Shown in pieces: positions 22,109 to 29,432 of a DNA stretch of 45,032 nt. Source of the DNA: a virus; the IMG/VR virus record IMGVR_UViG_3300010396_000020, positions 1 to 45,032 of that record; one strand, 5' to 3'. Position numbers and translations under genes: made by a program. The number at the start of each line of letters is the position of its first letter. Within the stretch, counting starts at the first letter, position 1. The notes beneath the pieces are model-generated. The model ran no database searches. It saw nothing but the letters and a program-made list of their open reading frames with translations, and was not told the DNA's origin.

Positions 22109-22449
22109 TAAGATCCCTCTGGATATCCCTCAAATCTGACTTCTCTAGCTGCGTGAAGATGCTTACATTGGAAGGAATGAGTATGAGATTTCTTGAACTC
22201 GTCAGAGTTGCCAAACTGGAAACTCTCACAGGTACAAACATCTTTTATGGATGGTTCTCTTCCCCATAAGATTCCCATGTGCTTGATTGTTCCAGCTGCA
22301 AGTTTGAGAAGGTTTGTCTTTTTGTCAAACTCGTCTTTGGTTGTTATTACGTTAAAATGCTGATAAAGTCCATCAACAAACTGGATTCCAACTTCCTTGG
22401 CCCTTGCCTGTCGTCTTTCATCAAAGATGATTTCTTTTCCGGCATCCAT
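22108..22449 (-). CDS. SWIM zinc-finger protein, 113 aa.
   Basis: VCTCESFQFGNSDEFKKSHTHSFQCKHLH fits CxC-x(n)-CxH. TAATG overlap with the Topo VI-A-like gene. Confidence 0.65.
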   Translation of the reverse strand: MDAGKEIIFDERRQARAKEVGIQFVDGLYQHFNVITTKDEFDKKTNLLKLAAGTIKHMGILWGREPSIKDVCTCESFQFGNSDEFKKSHTHSFQCKHLHAAREVRFEGYPEGS

Positions 22450-22473
22450 TAGAACATTCCTCCAACATTCACC

Positions 22474-22485
22474 TTTATTAAGATT
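22474..22485 (-). promoter_or_regulatory. TATA-like promoter box.
   Basis: Minus strand reads AATCTTAATAAA, 24 nt before ATG 22449. Confidence 0.5.
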
Positions 22486-22522
22486 ATGAAGAATATAAGA
22501 TTAATAAAAATAGAGGAAGGAT

Positions 22523-23035
22523 TCAATGAGATTCCTCCATAGGAATTGAACGTTTGAGAATTTGTTCTTGAACCCATTCTTTGATTTCTTTTGCTGACAT
22601 ACTCCAATCAATATCTTGGTTGATTGTTGCAATCTTTTCCCATTTGAAAGTTTGATAGTAACTCAAAGCGAGTTTATCATCTTCCAAGGCATCAGCTAAC
22701 AAGGCTAATGCAAGTTGTGAAGGGCCAGAGCCTCCATATCCCCAAGCAAATCCATCCGGAGAGTGATTGACCAAGTCTAGTCTTTTGTTCAATGGGATTG
22801 TTTCGATTCCATTGGTGACGTTGACTTCCCAATTCAAATCTCCATGGGATTTCCCTTGGTATGATTTCTCTCCTTGTAAAATAAAGAGAGGTTTCTTCGT
22901 TTTCTGATCCCTTGCGATTCTGCCTGTGCTGAGTCCATGATATCGGCCTCCACAAGCGCATTGGCATACGTCAGATTTTGCGTGTGCGCATCTCTCATCA
23001 TGCTTTCTTCCATTCACTTCGATTTGTTGTGACAT
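22523..23035 (-). CDS. Hypothetical protein with an N-terminal Cys cluster and a conserved-looking HSPDGFAWGYGGSGP domain.
   Basis: CAHAKSDVCQCACGGRYHG, then DLVNHSPDGFAWGYGGSGPSQLALALLAD. I recall this pattern from uncharacterised phage and mobile-element proteins but cannot name the family with certainty. Confidence 0.6.
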   Translation of the reverse strand: MSQQIEVNGRKHDERCAHAKSDVCQCACGGRYHGLSTGRIARDQKTKKPLFILQGEKSYQGKSHGDLNWEVNVTNGIETIPLNKRLDLVNHSPDGFAWGYGGSGPSQLALALLADALEDDKLALSYYQTFKWEKIATINQDIDWSMSAKEIKEWVQEQILKRSIPMEESH

Positions 23036-23066
23036 AGCTGTTACTTAGTATAACAAACCACTATTA

Positions 23067-23096
23067 TATTAAGATTATAATATTATAATCTTAATA
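23067..23096. promoter_or_regulatory. Perfect 30-bp palindrome made of two back-to-back TATA-like boxes; a bidirectional promoter or operator.
   Basis: tattaagattataatattataatcttaata equals its own reverse complement. The spacing is 27-28 nt from each box to ATG 23035 (minus strand) and ATG 23126 (plus strand). Confidence 0.7.
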
Positions 23097-23125
23097 GTTA
23101 TATACAAGCCTGAGAATTTACTATT

Positions 23126-23470
23126 ATGCAAACCAATAACGCAAAAGTTCACTCCTCAGAAGCGATTCCTTCAGTTGTTGGATGTCCAAAATGTGGATCC
23201 AAGGATTGGGGATATTGTGGAGTTATCATATATTGGAAGAATGATCTGGCTGATTCAATCTGTAACGGTTGCGGCCAGAGATTTGTTTCAAGATATGGAA
23301 TAGACTTCTCATGGAAGGGCATCATATCAGAAGCTCAGGATATTGCTTTATCCTATGTGAGAGGATATCAGAAAAATTCATCCATAACAATAAAAGATTT
23401 GGATGAAGTGAAACAAATCATTGATGCATATATGGAGAGCTTAAAGACTCCAGTTATAGCATCACAATAA
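23126..23470 (+). CDS. Zinc-ribbon protein, 114 aa; one of only two plus-strand genes.
   Basis: Contains CPKCGS...CNGCG. Driven by the palindromic promoter, and converges on the RHH-like ORF at 23476..23628. Confidence 0.6.
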   Translation: MQTNNAKVHSSEAIPSVVGCPKCGSKDWGYCGVIIYWKNDLADSICNGCGQRFVSRYGIDFSWKGIISEAQDIALSYVRGYQKNSSITIKDLDEVKQIIDAYMESLKTPVIASQ

Positions 23471-23475
23471 TTTTT

Positions 23476-23628
23476 TTAAATTCCTTCTTTTATTTTTGCT
23501 TGAATTGACTTGGAGAGATTTCTTGTCTCGTCATTAATTATACCTTGAACCCAAGTCTTGACTTTGGGATCTGTGATAGAAACTGAAATTACAAGGGCCT
23601 TGTCCTCGTCTTTTTTGTGTTTTGCCAA
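23476..23628 (-). CDS. Ribbon-helix-helix-like micro-protein, 50 aa.
   Basis: Hand-translated as (M)AKHKKDEDKALVISVSITDPKVKTWVQGIINDETRNLSKSIQAKIKEGI. TTG 23628 lies 24 nt downstream of the box at 23653..23664. Confidence 0.4.
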   Translation of the reverse strand: MAKHKKDEDKALVISVSITDPKVKTWVQGIINDETRNLSKSIQAKIKEGI

Positions 23629-23652
23629 GTGATATTCTATGAATATTATAAG

Positions 23653-23664
23653 TTTATTAAGATT
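23653..23664 (-). promoter_or_regulatory. TATA-like promoter box.
   Basis: Minus strand reads AATCTTAATAAA, 24 nt before TTG 23628. The 12-mer is identical to the box at 22474. Confidence 0.5.
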
Positions 23665-23673
23665 ACGAAAGAA

Positions 23674-24375
23674 TCAATGGAGTTTGTAATCCTTCTTATA
23701 GACAGTATAGTAACTGAGGACTCTCTGGGGATGAATCATCTTGGCCCCAAGTCCGGCTCTCTTTCCACGATATCCCACTCTTGCACATCTTTGAAAGTCT
23801 GAGACTGGATTGAGCCTCTTGTCATAACAGACATCCATGTAAGTTGTAACTGGAATCTCATAGCCTTGCTCGTAACGTTCTGATATCTTGACAACAAGTC
23901 CGTTCTTGGAAACCCTGTTGAACTCCTTCCAAGTCTGTTGGAAGAAATCCTCTGGAGGAACCCACTTGTCATCTATCTGTCTGAAATAATAGAGCCTGTC
24001 TGGAGTCTTATGCGTCTTGATTCCAAATGCCTCGACTCCATTGGCTGGCTTCATGAATGGAGGATCAAAGTAAATGATATCAAAAGAATTGTCAGCGAAT
24101 GGCAAGTGTCTAAAGTCTGCCATGACCTGAAGTTTTGCATCTGGGGATTGGTCAAGGAATGTCACATCCCATGATTTTTCTCCTGTCAGTAATGATGTTG
24201 TCTCAATGTTTGGACTCCAACTTCGTTGCTGGCCAGCTGTAACATCAAGGATAGTTTTTCCAGCCTCCCAATACCATTCCAAGATCCGCTTGAGTGCAAA
24301 GTTAAGAGGTTTCATGTAAATCAAATCTCTGTCTGGCTTGGTATTTCCCTTTTCTACAAAAAGATTTGTAATCAT
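23674..24375 (-). CDS. DNA methyltransferase (N6-adenine or N4-cytosine type).
   Basis: ILDVTAGQQ is SAM motif I-like. FADNSFDIIYFDPPFMKP carries the DPPF catalytic motif IV. Confidence 0.65.
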   Translation of the reverse strand: MITNLFVEKGNTKPDRDLIYMKPLNFALKRILEWYWEAGKTILDVTAGQQRSWSPNIETTSLLTGEKSWDVTFLDQSPDAKLQVMADFRHLPFADNSFDIIYFDPPFMKPANGVEAFGIKTHKTPDRLYYFRQIDDKWVPPEDFFQQTWKEFNRVSKNGLVVKISERYEQGYEIPVTTYMDVCYDKRLNPVSDFQRCARVGYRGKRAGLGAKMIHPQRVLSYYTVYKKDYKLH

Positions 24376-24641
24376 TCAATATCACTCGCTTTCACAAAAT
24401 TTGGCTTGTCAAAGAGTTGCTCTCCTCGTTTATGCTGTTCAAAATGTGACTGGCAGAGAAAGAACTTCTGGCCTCCAACAAAGACATGATGTCTGGCTGG
24501 CTGACATGGATTGCCTTTGAGTGATAAAGAACATTTCTTGGCCTTGTCTTGAGTGGCCTGTTTAATCTTCTTCTGAGTGAACTGGCTTCTTTTGTAACGT
24601 TTGTTTTCATTGAGATAGTCACGTATTGAGAGGAAAACCAA
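24372..24641 (-). CDS. Hypothetical basic protein, 89 aa.
   Basis: Track ORF with an ATGA overlap downstream. Confidence 0.5.
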   Translation of the reverse strand: MVFLSIRDYLNENKRYKRSQFTQKKIKQATQDKAKKCSLSLKGNPCQPARHHVFVGGQKFFLCQSHFEQHKRGEQLFDKPNFVKASDIE

Positions 24642-24642
24642 G

Positions 24643-25080
24643 TCATTTGGTCACCTTTTTTCTTTCATGATATCTATTTCTTTGTTGTATATTGTGACAG
24701 ATTCGACACATTCTATGATTGTCATTTCTTTTTAAGATGTTATGTCCTGATAATGGATGTCCTCTTGGACAGTGAGTTCTTTTTGCTTGAATTGCCACAA
24801 ATCCTATTCCTCTTAGTAGATTTTCTCTTCTTGTTACTGGCTGGAGATGGTCAGGATTTACACAGGCTCGGTTTCTGCATAAGTGATCCAGTTCTAATCC
24901 TTCAGGTACTTTTCCTTTATTTACTTGATATGCGAATATGTGAGCTTGGGTTGTTTTCCCTGAAGAGATGCCAAATCTTCCATATCCATTTTGTGCTTGA
25001 GCTCCAATCCAGTTCCAGCATCCAGAGATTGGATCGACTTGTACCTTATCCCAGAATCTTTCGAGAAGTTGATCTGTCAT
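24643..25080 (-). CDS. HNH endonuclease (phage HNH_3-like).
   Basis: GCWNWIGAQAQNGYGRF...AHIFAY...LELDHLCRNRACVNPDHLQPVTRRENLLRG. Confidence 0.85.
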   Translation of the reverse strand: MTDQLLERFWDKVQVDPISGCWNWIGAQAQNGYGRFGISSGKTTQAHIFAYQVNKGKVPEGLELDHLCRNRACVNPDHLQPVTRRENLLRGIGFVAIQAKRTHCPRGHPLSGHNILKRNDNHRMCRICHNIQQRNRYHERKKVTK

Positions 25081-25811
25081 TTTATTTTAGGAGCTATGAA
25101 GAACCTAACAGAGCCAATCCCTTCAATGTCAAACAGTCCTTGGAGTGGCTTGTCATTTCCAAACTCAAAACTTCCCTTTGTTGCATATTGTGAAATAGTT
25201 GAAATGAAATCAGCAACATACTCAATCGATATCATGGTTGAGCCATCTTCTGCGGCAATCCTGATTCCAGAATCTCTCTTGGCCTTGTGATTCTCGGAAT
25301 CATTTCCTCCAGTGAACAATAATCCTCCATTCTTTACTTCAAGCCTGATGTAATCTCCAGCAATTTTCATATCTCCAACAACATCCTTGAGAACATCAAA
25401 CTCAAGCTCAAATTTGTACTCTAATTCTGCCTTGACCTTGTCTGGAACTTCTTCAAGATGGTCAGCGTGAACAAGAATCATTTCAAATGTTTTCTGGCCC
25501 TGATGTAGCTGCAAGATTCCAGCTCCAGTGTCCTTGATTACTTGCACATCTCCAGCCTTGTCAAATCTCTTGAGTATTGATTTGAAATCATCAACTCTGA
25601 ATCCAATAATCTCATTGGCTAAAGTGAGTTCATAGGATGTCATATTCTCTTTCTTCCAGAGAAAGTTTACAGCTTCATGATGGGATGGATCCATTGATTT
25701 GAAAACAATCCCTTCCTCAGTAAATCCAAAGGATGACTCTTCAGTTGTCATGGCCCCAATGGTTTCAATGATTGCAAGCCAGCCTTTTACTTTTGATGTT
25801 ACTTTTGTCAT
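25077..25811 (-). CDS. pcna: PCNA / DNA sliding clamp, archaeal type.
   Basis: 244 aa with two-domain clamp-like periodicity. The C-terminus RFFIAPKIK resembles the archaeal PCNA ending (F/Y).LAPR(I/V)E. Confidence 0.8.
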   Translation of the reverse strand: MTKVTSKVKGWLAIIETIGAMTTEESSFGFTEEGIVFKSMDPSHHEAVNFLWKKENMTSYELTLANEIIGFRVDDFKSILKRFDKAGDVQVIKDTGAGILQLHQGQKTFEMILVHADHLEEVPDKVKAELEYKFELEFDVLKDVVGDMKIAGDYIRLEVKNGGLLFTGGNDSENHKAKRDSGIRIAAEDGSTMISIEYVADFISTISQYATKGSFEFGNDKPLQGLFDIEGIGSVRFFIAPKIK

Positions 25812-25957
25812 GTCATCCAGTCCGTTAATCTTGTTTGGAATTTATCATGACAGAAGCAATTTCTATTTTCACACAAGTCTTGAGGAAGGCCTCCAATGAT
25901 GAGCATTTTCTTCTCCGTTCCAAAGAACATAAAACAGTTGTTACAGCAAGGATTCAT
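25808..25957 (-). CDS. Cys-rich micro-protein, 49 aa.
   Basis: Hand-translated as MNPCCNNCFMFFGTEKKMLIIGGLPQDLCENRNCFCHDKFQTRLTDWMT. ATG 25957 lies 22 nt downstream of the box at 25980..25991. ATGA overlap with PCNA. Confidence 0.45.
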   Translation of the reverse strand: MNPCCNNCFMFFGTEKKMLIIGGLPQDLCENRNCFCHDKFQTRLTDWMT

Positions 25958-25979
25958 AGAAAGTTATGAATATTTTAAA

Positions 25980-25991
25980 CTTAATAAGATA
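25980..25991 (-). promoter_or_regulatory. TATA-like promoter box.
   Basis: Minus strand reads TATCTTATTAAG, 22 nt before ATG 25957. Confidence 0.6.
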
Positions 25992-26412
25992 TCGCTAGAA
26001 TCTTGTTTCTGACTAGCGAAATAGCTTCTTGGAATGTCCTTCCTCTTCCAATCATTTGATACAGACATACCTTGAATTTGACGAAGGTTTCCATATCCAA
26101 GGAATCAGGTTTGACCATCTTCTCAACTTCAGTCAGTTCCTTTTCTTGATTGAAAAGAGGTTTCCTATATTCTCCATTCAGGCGTTGCTTTTCTCGATTG
26201 TGATTGTAACACAACAACTGAATCAGATGCTTGACAATATCAAAATGCTCAAGATAGAATCTAAACATGGCTTCAGATGATTTGAATCGCTTTCTCTCAA
26301 TGTTACCACTTCCAAAGACATGATCAACACAGAGAAGATTCTCATCTGTTATATCACACTTGACACACTTGTATCCAAGCTTTTCAATGAGTAAATCTCG
26401 GTATTTACCCAT
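25981..26412 (-). CDS. HNH endonuclease.
   Basis: CVKCD...LLCVDHVFGSGN...LQLLCYNHNREKQ. The likely start is ATG 26412; the track start at 26457 overlaps the upstream gene by 53 nt. Confidence 0.68.
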   Translation of the reverse strand: MGKYRDLLIEKLGYKCVKCDITDENLLCVDHVFGSGNIERKRFKSSEAMFRFYLEHFDIVKHLIQLLCYNHNREKQRLNGEYRKPLFNQEKELTEVEKMVKPDSLDMETFVKFKVCLYQMIGRGRTFQEAISLVRNKILAISY

Positions 26413-26617
26413 TATCGATTTCCTCAACTTCCTTCCAGACAAAGACTCCATTTTCATATTGGATATTTGGATATCTCTGGAGAATGAACTTTCTATAATT
26501 GTAGAAAGTTGAAGGAGAGAGATTCAGGGCATCACAGAATCTCACAATATCAATTCGTTTTTCTTTTTTGATTAGAGCCGCCATCTTTTCAAGCGTTCTA
26601 TGCATCCCAATTTTCAT
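26405..26617 (-). CDS. Putative HTH DNA-binding protein, 70 aa; first gene after the large non-coding region.
   Basis: IVRFCDALNLSPSTFYNYRKFI is HTH-like. ATG 26617 lies 22 nt downstream of the box at 26640..26651. Confidence 0.5.
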   Translation of the reverse strand: MKIGMHRTLEKMAALIKKEKRIDIVRFCDALNLSPSTFYNYRKFILQRYPNIQYENGVFVWKEVEEIDNG

Positions 26618-26625
26618 GGAACGAT

Positions 26626-26748
26626 TCTACTTTACTTTACTTTATAAGTTATATTATAAAATTTTTTTTAACGAGTTTATTTATTTATTTACACTAGAGT
26701 TTTTTATTTTTTCAGATTCCAACATATAAAGTAAAGTGGAGTAAAGAG
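26626..26748. repeat. Imperfect inverted repeat (about 21 bp, 18 of 21 matching) flanking a 78-bp extremely AT-rich spacer; origin-like and/or a divergent promoter pair.
   Basis: The left arm tctactttactttactttata (26626..26646) pairs with the reverse complement of the right arm tataaagtaaagtggagtaaagag (26725..26748). The spacer is agttatattataaaatttttttta...ttttttatttttt. It lies in the largest non-coding gap, 26618..26979. Confidence 0.6.
26640..26651 (-). promoter_or_regulatory. TATA-like promoter box, embedded in the left arm of the inverted repeat.
   Basis: Minus strand reads TAACTTATAAAG, 22 nt before ATG 26617. Confidence 0.55.
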
Positions 26749-26979
26749 TCGATTCTTTTGGTAACTTTGACTCATTTGAGCATGGTGTCCGAGGCCAGAT
26801 TAAAAATCGTGCCTAGACTGGAAGCAAAGGAGTAATTCTGTTCTCCATATCATAAGCCACTCGGAGAGCCTCAGAGAGAACGTAATCCTCAAGAAGTTGC
26901 CAAGCATTGTCAAGAGGCTTGTTAAACAGAGCTTTCTATTTTGGCCTAGTTGTAATTGGTAAGAAAATTCAGTCTTTTA

Positions 26980-27156
26980 TTATTTGCGGCTGTGACGAGT
27001 TCCAGCCATTTCTCCAGCTTCAGCATACTTTCCAATCTTGCAAACCTTGACCTCATCGTTTGTGTGCCATGATTTTCTTCTTCCGCAAGTTTCACACTTT
27101 CCATTTGGATCATCCTTCTTATCGATTGGAGTGTTGGAGTGATCTAAGACAGTCAT
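26980..27156 (-). CDS. Small Cys-containing protein, 58 aa.
   Basis: The internal ATG at 27156 forms an ATGA overlap with the upstream stop. Contains CETCG...C. Confidence 0.45.
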   Translation of the reverse strand: MTVLDHSNTPIDKKDDPNGKCETCGRRKSWHTNDEVKVCKIGKYAEAGEMAGTRHSRK

Positions 27157-27353
27157 CTTGAATAAAGTTCCATGATTGAGACAGTTCTTCTTCCATGTGT
27201 TGGGAGAGTTGGATGAGCTCCACAATATTTGATGCTATGATTGCCCACTGAAGTAAAAAAGTTACAACATTTTGGAAACTGGCATTTGAAAATATATGGA
27301 TGCCATCTTCGCTTATAGATTGCCAAGAGTGGAAATTTCTTTGGAGTTGTCAT
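27153..27353 (-). CDS. Cys/His micro-protein, 66 aa; paralog of 27350..27475 and 13222..13392.
   Basis: MTTPKKF...FKCQFPKCCNFFTSVGNHSIKYCGAHP fits C-x4-C ... C-x2-H. Confidence 0.5.
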   Translation of the reverse strand: MTTPKKFPLLAIYKRRWHPYIFKCQFPKCCNFFTSVGNHSIKYCGAHPTLPTHGRRTVSIMELYSR

Positions 27354-27475
27354 ATTTCTTCACACTCTTTCTCAACAGGATTGGCGTGCCACTTGCAGAG
27401 ATACAATCCCTTTTCCATGTGGAGAAAACTTGCAACTTTGCCGCAATCAGTCACTTGACAGAAGGAAGTTGTCAT
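27350..27475 (-). CDS. Cys/His micro-protein, 41 aa.
   Basis: Hand-translated as MTTSFCQVTDCGKVASFLHMEKGLYLCKWHANPVEKECEEI. ATGA overlaps at both ends. Confidence 0.45.
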   Translation of the reverse strand: MTTSFCQVTDCGKVASFLHMEKGLYLCKWHANPVEKECEEI

Positions 27476-27678
27476 CTTATTTTCCTCAGAACTGATTCAA
27501 CCAATTCAGATGCATGATTCTCTTTCATTCCTTTGGATATACAGAAATCAATCATATCCTGTTTGGTATGCACTCCAGAAAACATAAACTCTGCCAGCTT
27601 GTCTCCCATGTCATCCAGTGAGTCAAGATATCGATGGAGATCCTTGTCATGATGTTTCCTTGAGATAAAGTGATTCAT
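27472..27678 (-). CDS. Hypothetical protein, 68 aa.
   Basis: Track ORF in the chain. Confidence 0.55.
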   Translation of the reverse strand: MNHFISRKHHDKDLHRYLDSLDDMGDKLAEFMFSGVHTKQDMIDFCISKGMKENHASELVESVLRKIR

Positions 27679-27929
27679 GCTGGCTCTGGAGTGACTTGTT
27701 CTGTCTGGCCCTGTCCTATGTTGTGATAAATATAATTGAAATTCAGATTGATATTGATTCTCAAATCAAATTCAACAGCAATTTTCTTGAGTCCAAATAA
27801 CATTCCTTGCAAGTCATGAGTCTGGCTGTCTCTTGCTGTTGTCAATCCAACCAAGACCTCTTTGATTTCTCCAGAGACAAACTTTTCCAACTCTTCTCTG
27901 ATGATTGGTTTGGGTTCCTTAGCTTCCAT
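27675..27929 (-). CDS. Hypothetical protein, 84 aa.
   Basis: Track ORF in the chain. Confidence 0.55.
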   Translation of the reverse strand: MEAKEPKPIIREELEKFVSGEIKEVLVGLTTARDSQTHDLQGMLFGLKKIAVEFDLRININLNFNYIYHNIGQGQTEQVTPEPA

Positions 27930-28422
27930 GGATTCTATGCATCCCCAATTTCAGTGATAAAAGAATTGCGAGAGAATTGTCATCCAGTTTGAGTTCCTCA
28001 GTGGTTATGATTACAAGGTTCTTATTCTCTTCAGTATAGCCTCCAAGTCTGTAATTCTCGTTTCTTGAAGTTGTCTGTTCTGATTCTGTGATGTCATCAA
28101 AGAAGCCATGTTCAAAACCATCAATCTCGATTATGATTCCATACCATCCCTTTGTCTTTGCAAACAAGTCTATTTTTTGGACTTGGTACTTGGCAAACAT
28201 CTCCTCCTTGTTCTTCACATCAGATGGATTGTGTCTGTTAATCTGGCTGGCATTTGTGGCCTTGTTCCTGAAGAAGATAAACTCATCAACCAAGCCAAGG
28301 GCATTGAGTCCAAACTCCTTCTTGAGTAGTTGTGCAATACGTATTTTCTTTCCAAGGTCAGAGGCTTCAGTCCTGTTCTTGTTGGCCCTGTGGATATGAG
28401 ATTTGTTTTTATTTATTGACAA
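27919..28422 (-). CDS. Putative PD-(D/E)XK / Vsr-like (DUF559-like) nuclease.
   Basis: DLFAKTKGWYGIIIEIDGFEH resembles the (D)...(I/V)E(I/V)DG..H core of Vsr/DUF559 endonucleases. Weak call. TTG start. Confidence 0.4.
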   Translation of the reverse strand: MSINKNKSHIHRANKNRTEASDLGKKIRIAQLLKKEFGLNALGLVDEFIFFRNKATNASQINRHNPSDVKNKEEMFAKYQVQKIDLFAKTKGWYGIIIEIDGFEHGFFDDITESEQTTSRNENYRLGGYTEENKNLVIITTEELKLDDNSLAILLSLKLGMHRIHGS

Positions 28423-28546
28423 GATGACTCTCTAACTCTTTTTTTATGAAATGAGCTTCTCTCTCAGGCAAAAGAAATATTCTAAGACTCCAAACATGGG
28501 TATCAGGAGTTTCTCCATGATTAATGACTAGCTTGACAAAATCCAT
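28409..28546 (-). CDS. Small hypothetical protein, 45 aa.
   Basis: Hand-translated as MDFVKLVINHGETPDTHVWSLRIFLLPEREAHFIKKELESHLVNK. TAATG overlap upstream. Confidence 0.35.
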   Translation of the reverse strand: MDFVKLVINHGETPDTHVWSLRIFLLPEREAHFIKKELESHLVNK

Positions 28547-28758
28547 TATTTCTTTACAACTCTCATGCTAAATGTAATCTTCATGTCTTGGCCAAGAGTC
28601 TCTTGGAATTTCAAATATTGATCCTTTGTCATTGGTTCTGCATCAAGGACATAACTCATGGCTTTTCCCTCGTTTCCAACAACAATAATCGAAGGCAACA
28701 CTCTCAGAGTCTTTGATTCGGCCTTTGATACAATTCTAGCTTTGGATTTCTTCTTCAT
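28546..28758 (-). CDS. Hypothetical protein, 70 aa.
   Basis: Track ORF with an ATGA overlap upstream. Confidence 0.5.
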   Translation of the reverse strand: MKKKSKARIVSKAESKTLRVLPSIIVVGNEGKAMSYVLDAEPMTKDQYLKFQETLGQDMKITFSMRVVKK

Positions 28759-29432
28759 TCCTTCTGTCCATGGAACATTGATTGCAAGTCAGAGACTCTA
28801 ATCTCTTGGCATCTATGAAAACCATTCTTGATGTAAAGATCAGGATATCGATGGAGGAAGTTATGATCTGCAAGATTTGGAATAGCTTTGAAAGGAATTG
28901 GATAATAATCAAGTGAGATGACATGGTTCTTTGATTCCTTGACCATCTTTCCAAAGAAAGTCTCTAACTTTGGAGGAGGAATATGCATAAGAACCTCGGT
29001 TGCAATTACCAAGTCATATTTTTGCTCTGGCCTGAAATCATAATATGAACATCCATAAAATTCGATATCTGGGCCAACTCCAACTCCCTTATATTTTTCA
29101 GTGACACTCTTTGCACACTGGAGACGTTGAATTGACAAGTCAACTCCATGATATGTTTCCACATCAAAGTTATTAAAAATCAGTTGAGCTATTCTTCCTG
29201 TGCTGGCCCCCACATCCAAGACTGATTTGAATTGGATTGTATTAAGAAACTTGATCAATGACTCTTCTTGATATGGGATGGTATGAGGCGCACTTGGAAT
29301 CAATAAAGGATTATCCATCTCAACCCAATGCTTGATATCATCGTACACTTTCCAATCTCCTCTCGTTTGATTCCTTGGAACGTTGTTGTAAATATTTTTG
29401 TTTTTCAAGGATTCTTTCACTTGATTTCTCAT
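28755..29432 (-). CDS. Class I SAM-dependent methyltransferase.
   Basis: Motif I VLDVGASTGRIAQ, post-I TYHGVDLS, and DLVIATEVLMHIPP. The start is uncertain because the ORF overlaps the 3' end of the glycosyltransferase gene by 95 nt. Confidence 0.75.
   Translation of the reverse strand: MRNQVKESLKNKNIYNNVPRNQTRGDWKVYDDIKHWVEMDNPLLIPSAPHTIPYQEESLIKFLNTIQFKSVLDVGASTGRIAQLIFNNFDVETYHGVDLSIQRLQCAKSVTEKYKGVGVGPDIEFYGCSYYDFRPEQKYDLVIATEVLMHIPPPKLETFFGKMVKESKNHVISLDYYPIPFKAIPNLADHNFLHRYPDLYIKNGFHRCQEIRVSDLQSMFHGQKE

Noticed and set aside
26813-26935. A minus-strand 40-codon frame (KALFNKPLDNAWQLLEDYVLSEALRVAYDMENRITPLLPV) in the large non-coding region looks protein-like.
   Set aside because: It has no ATG, GTG or TTG start before the internal Met at codon 30, and no promoter box at the right distance. 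It may be a gene remnant. I did not annotate it as a CDS or pseudogene.
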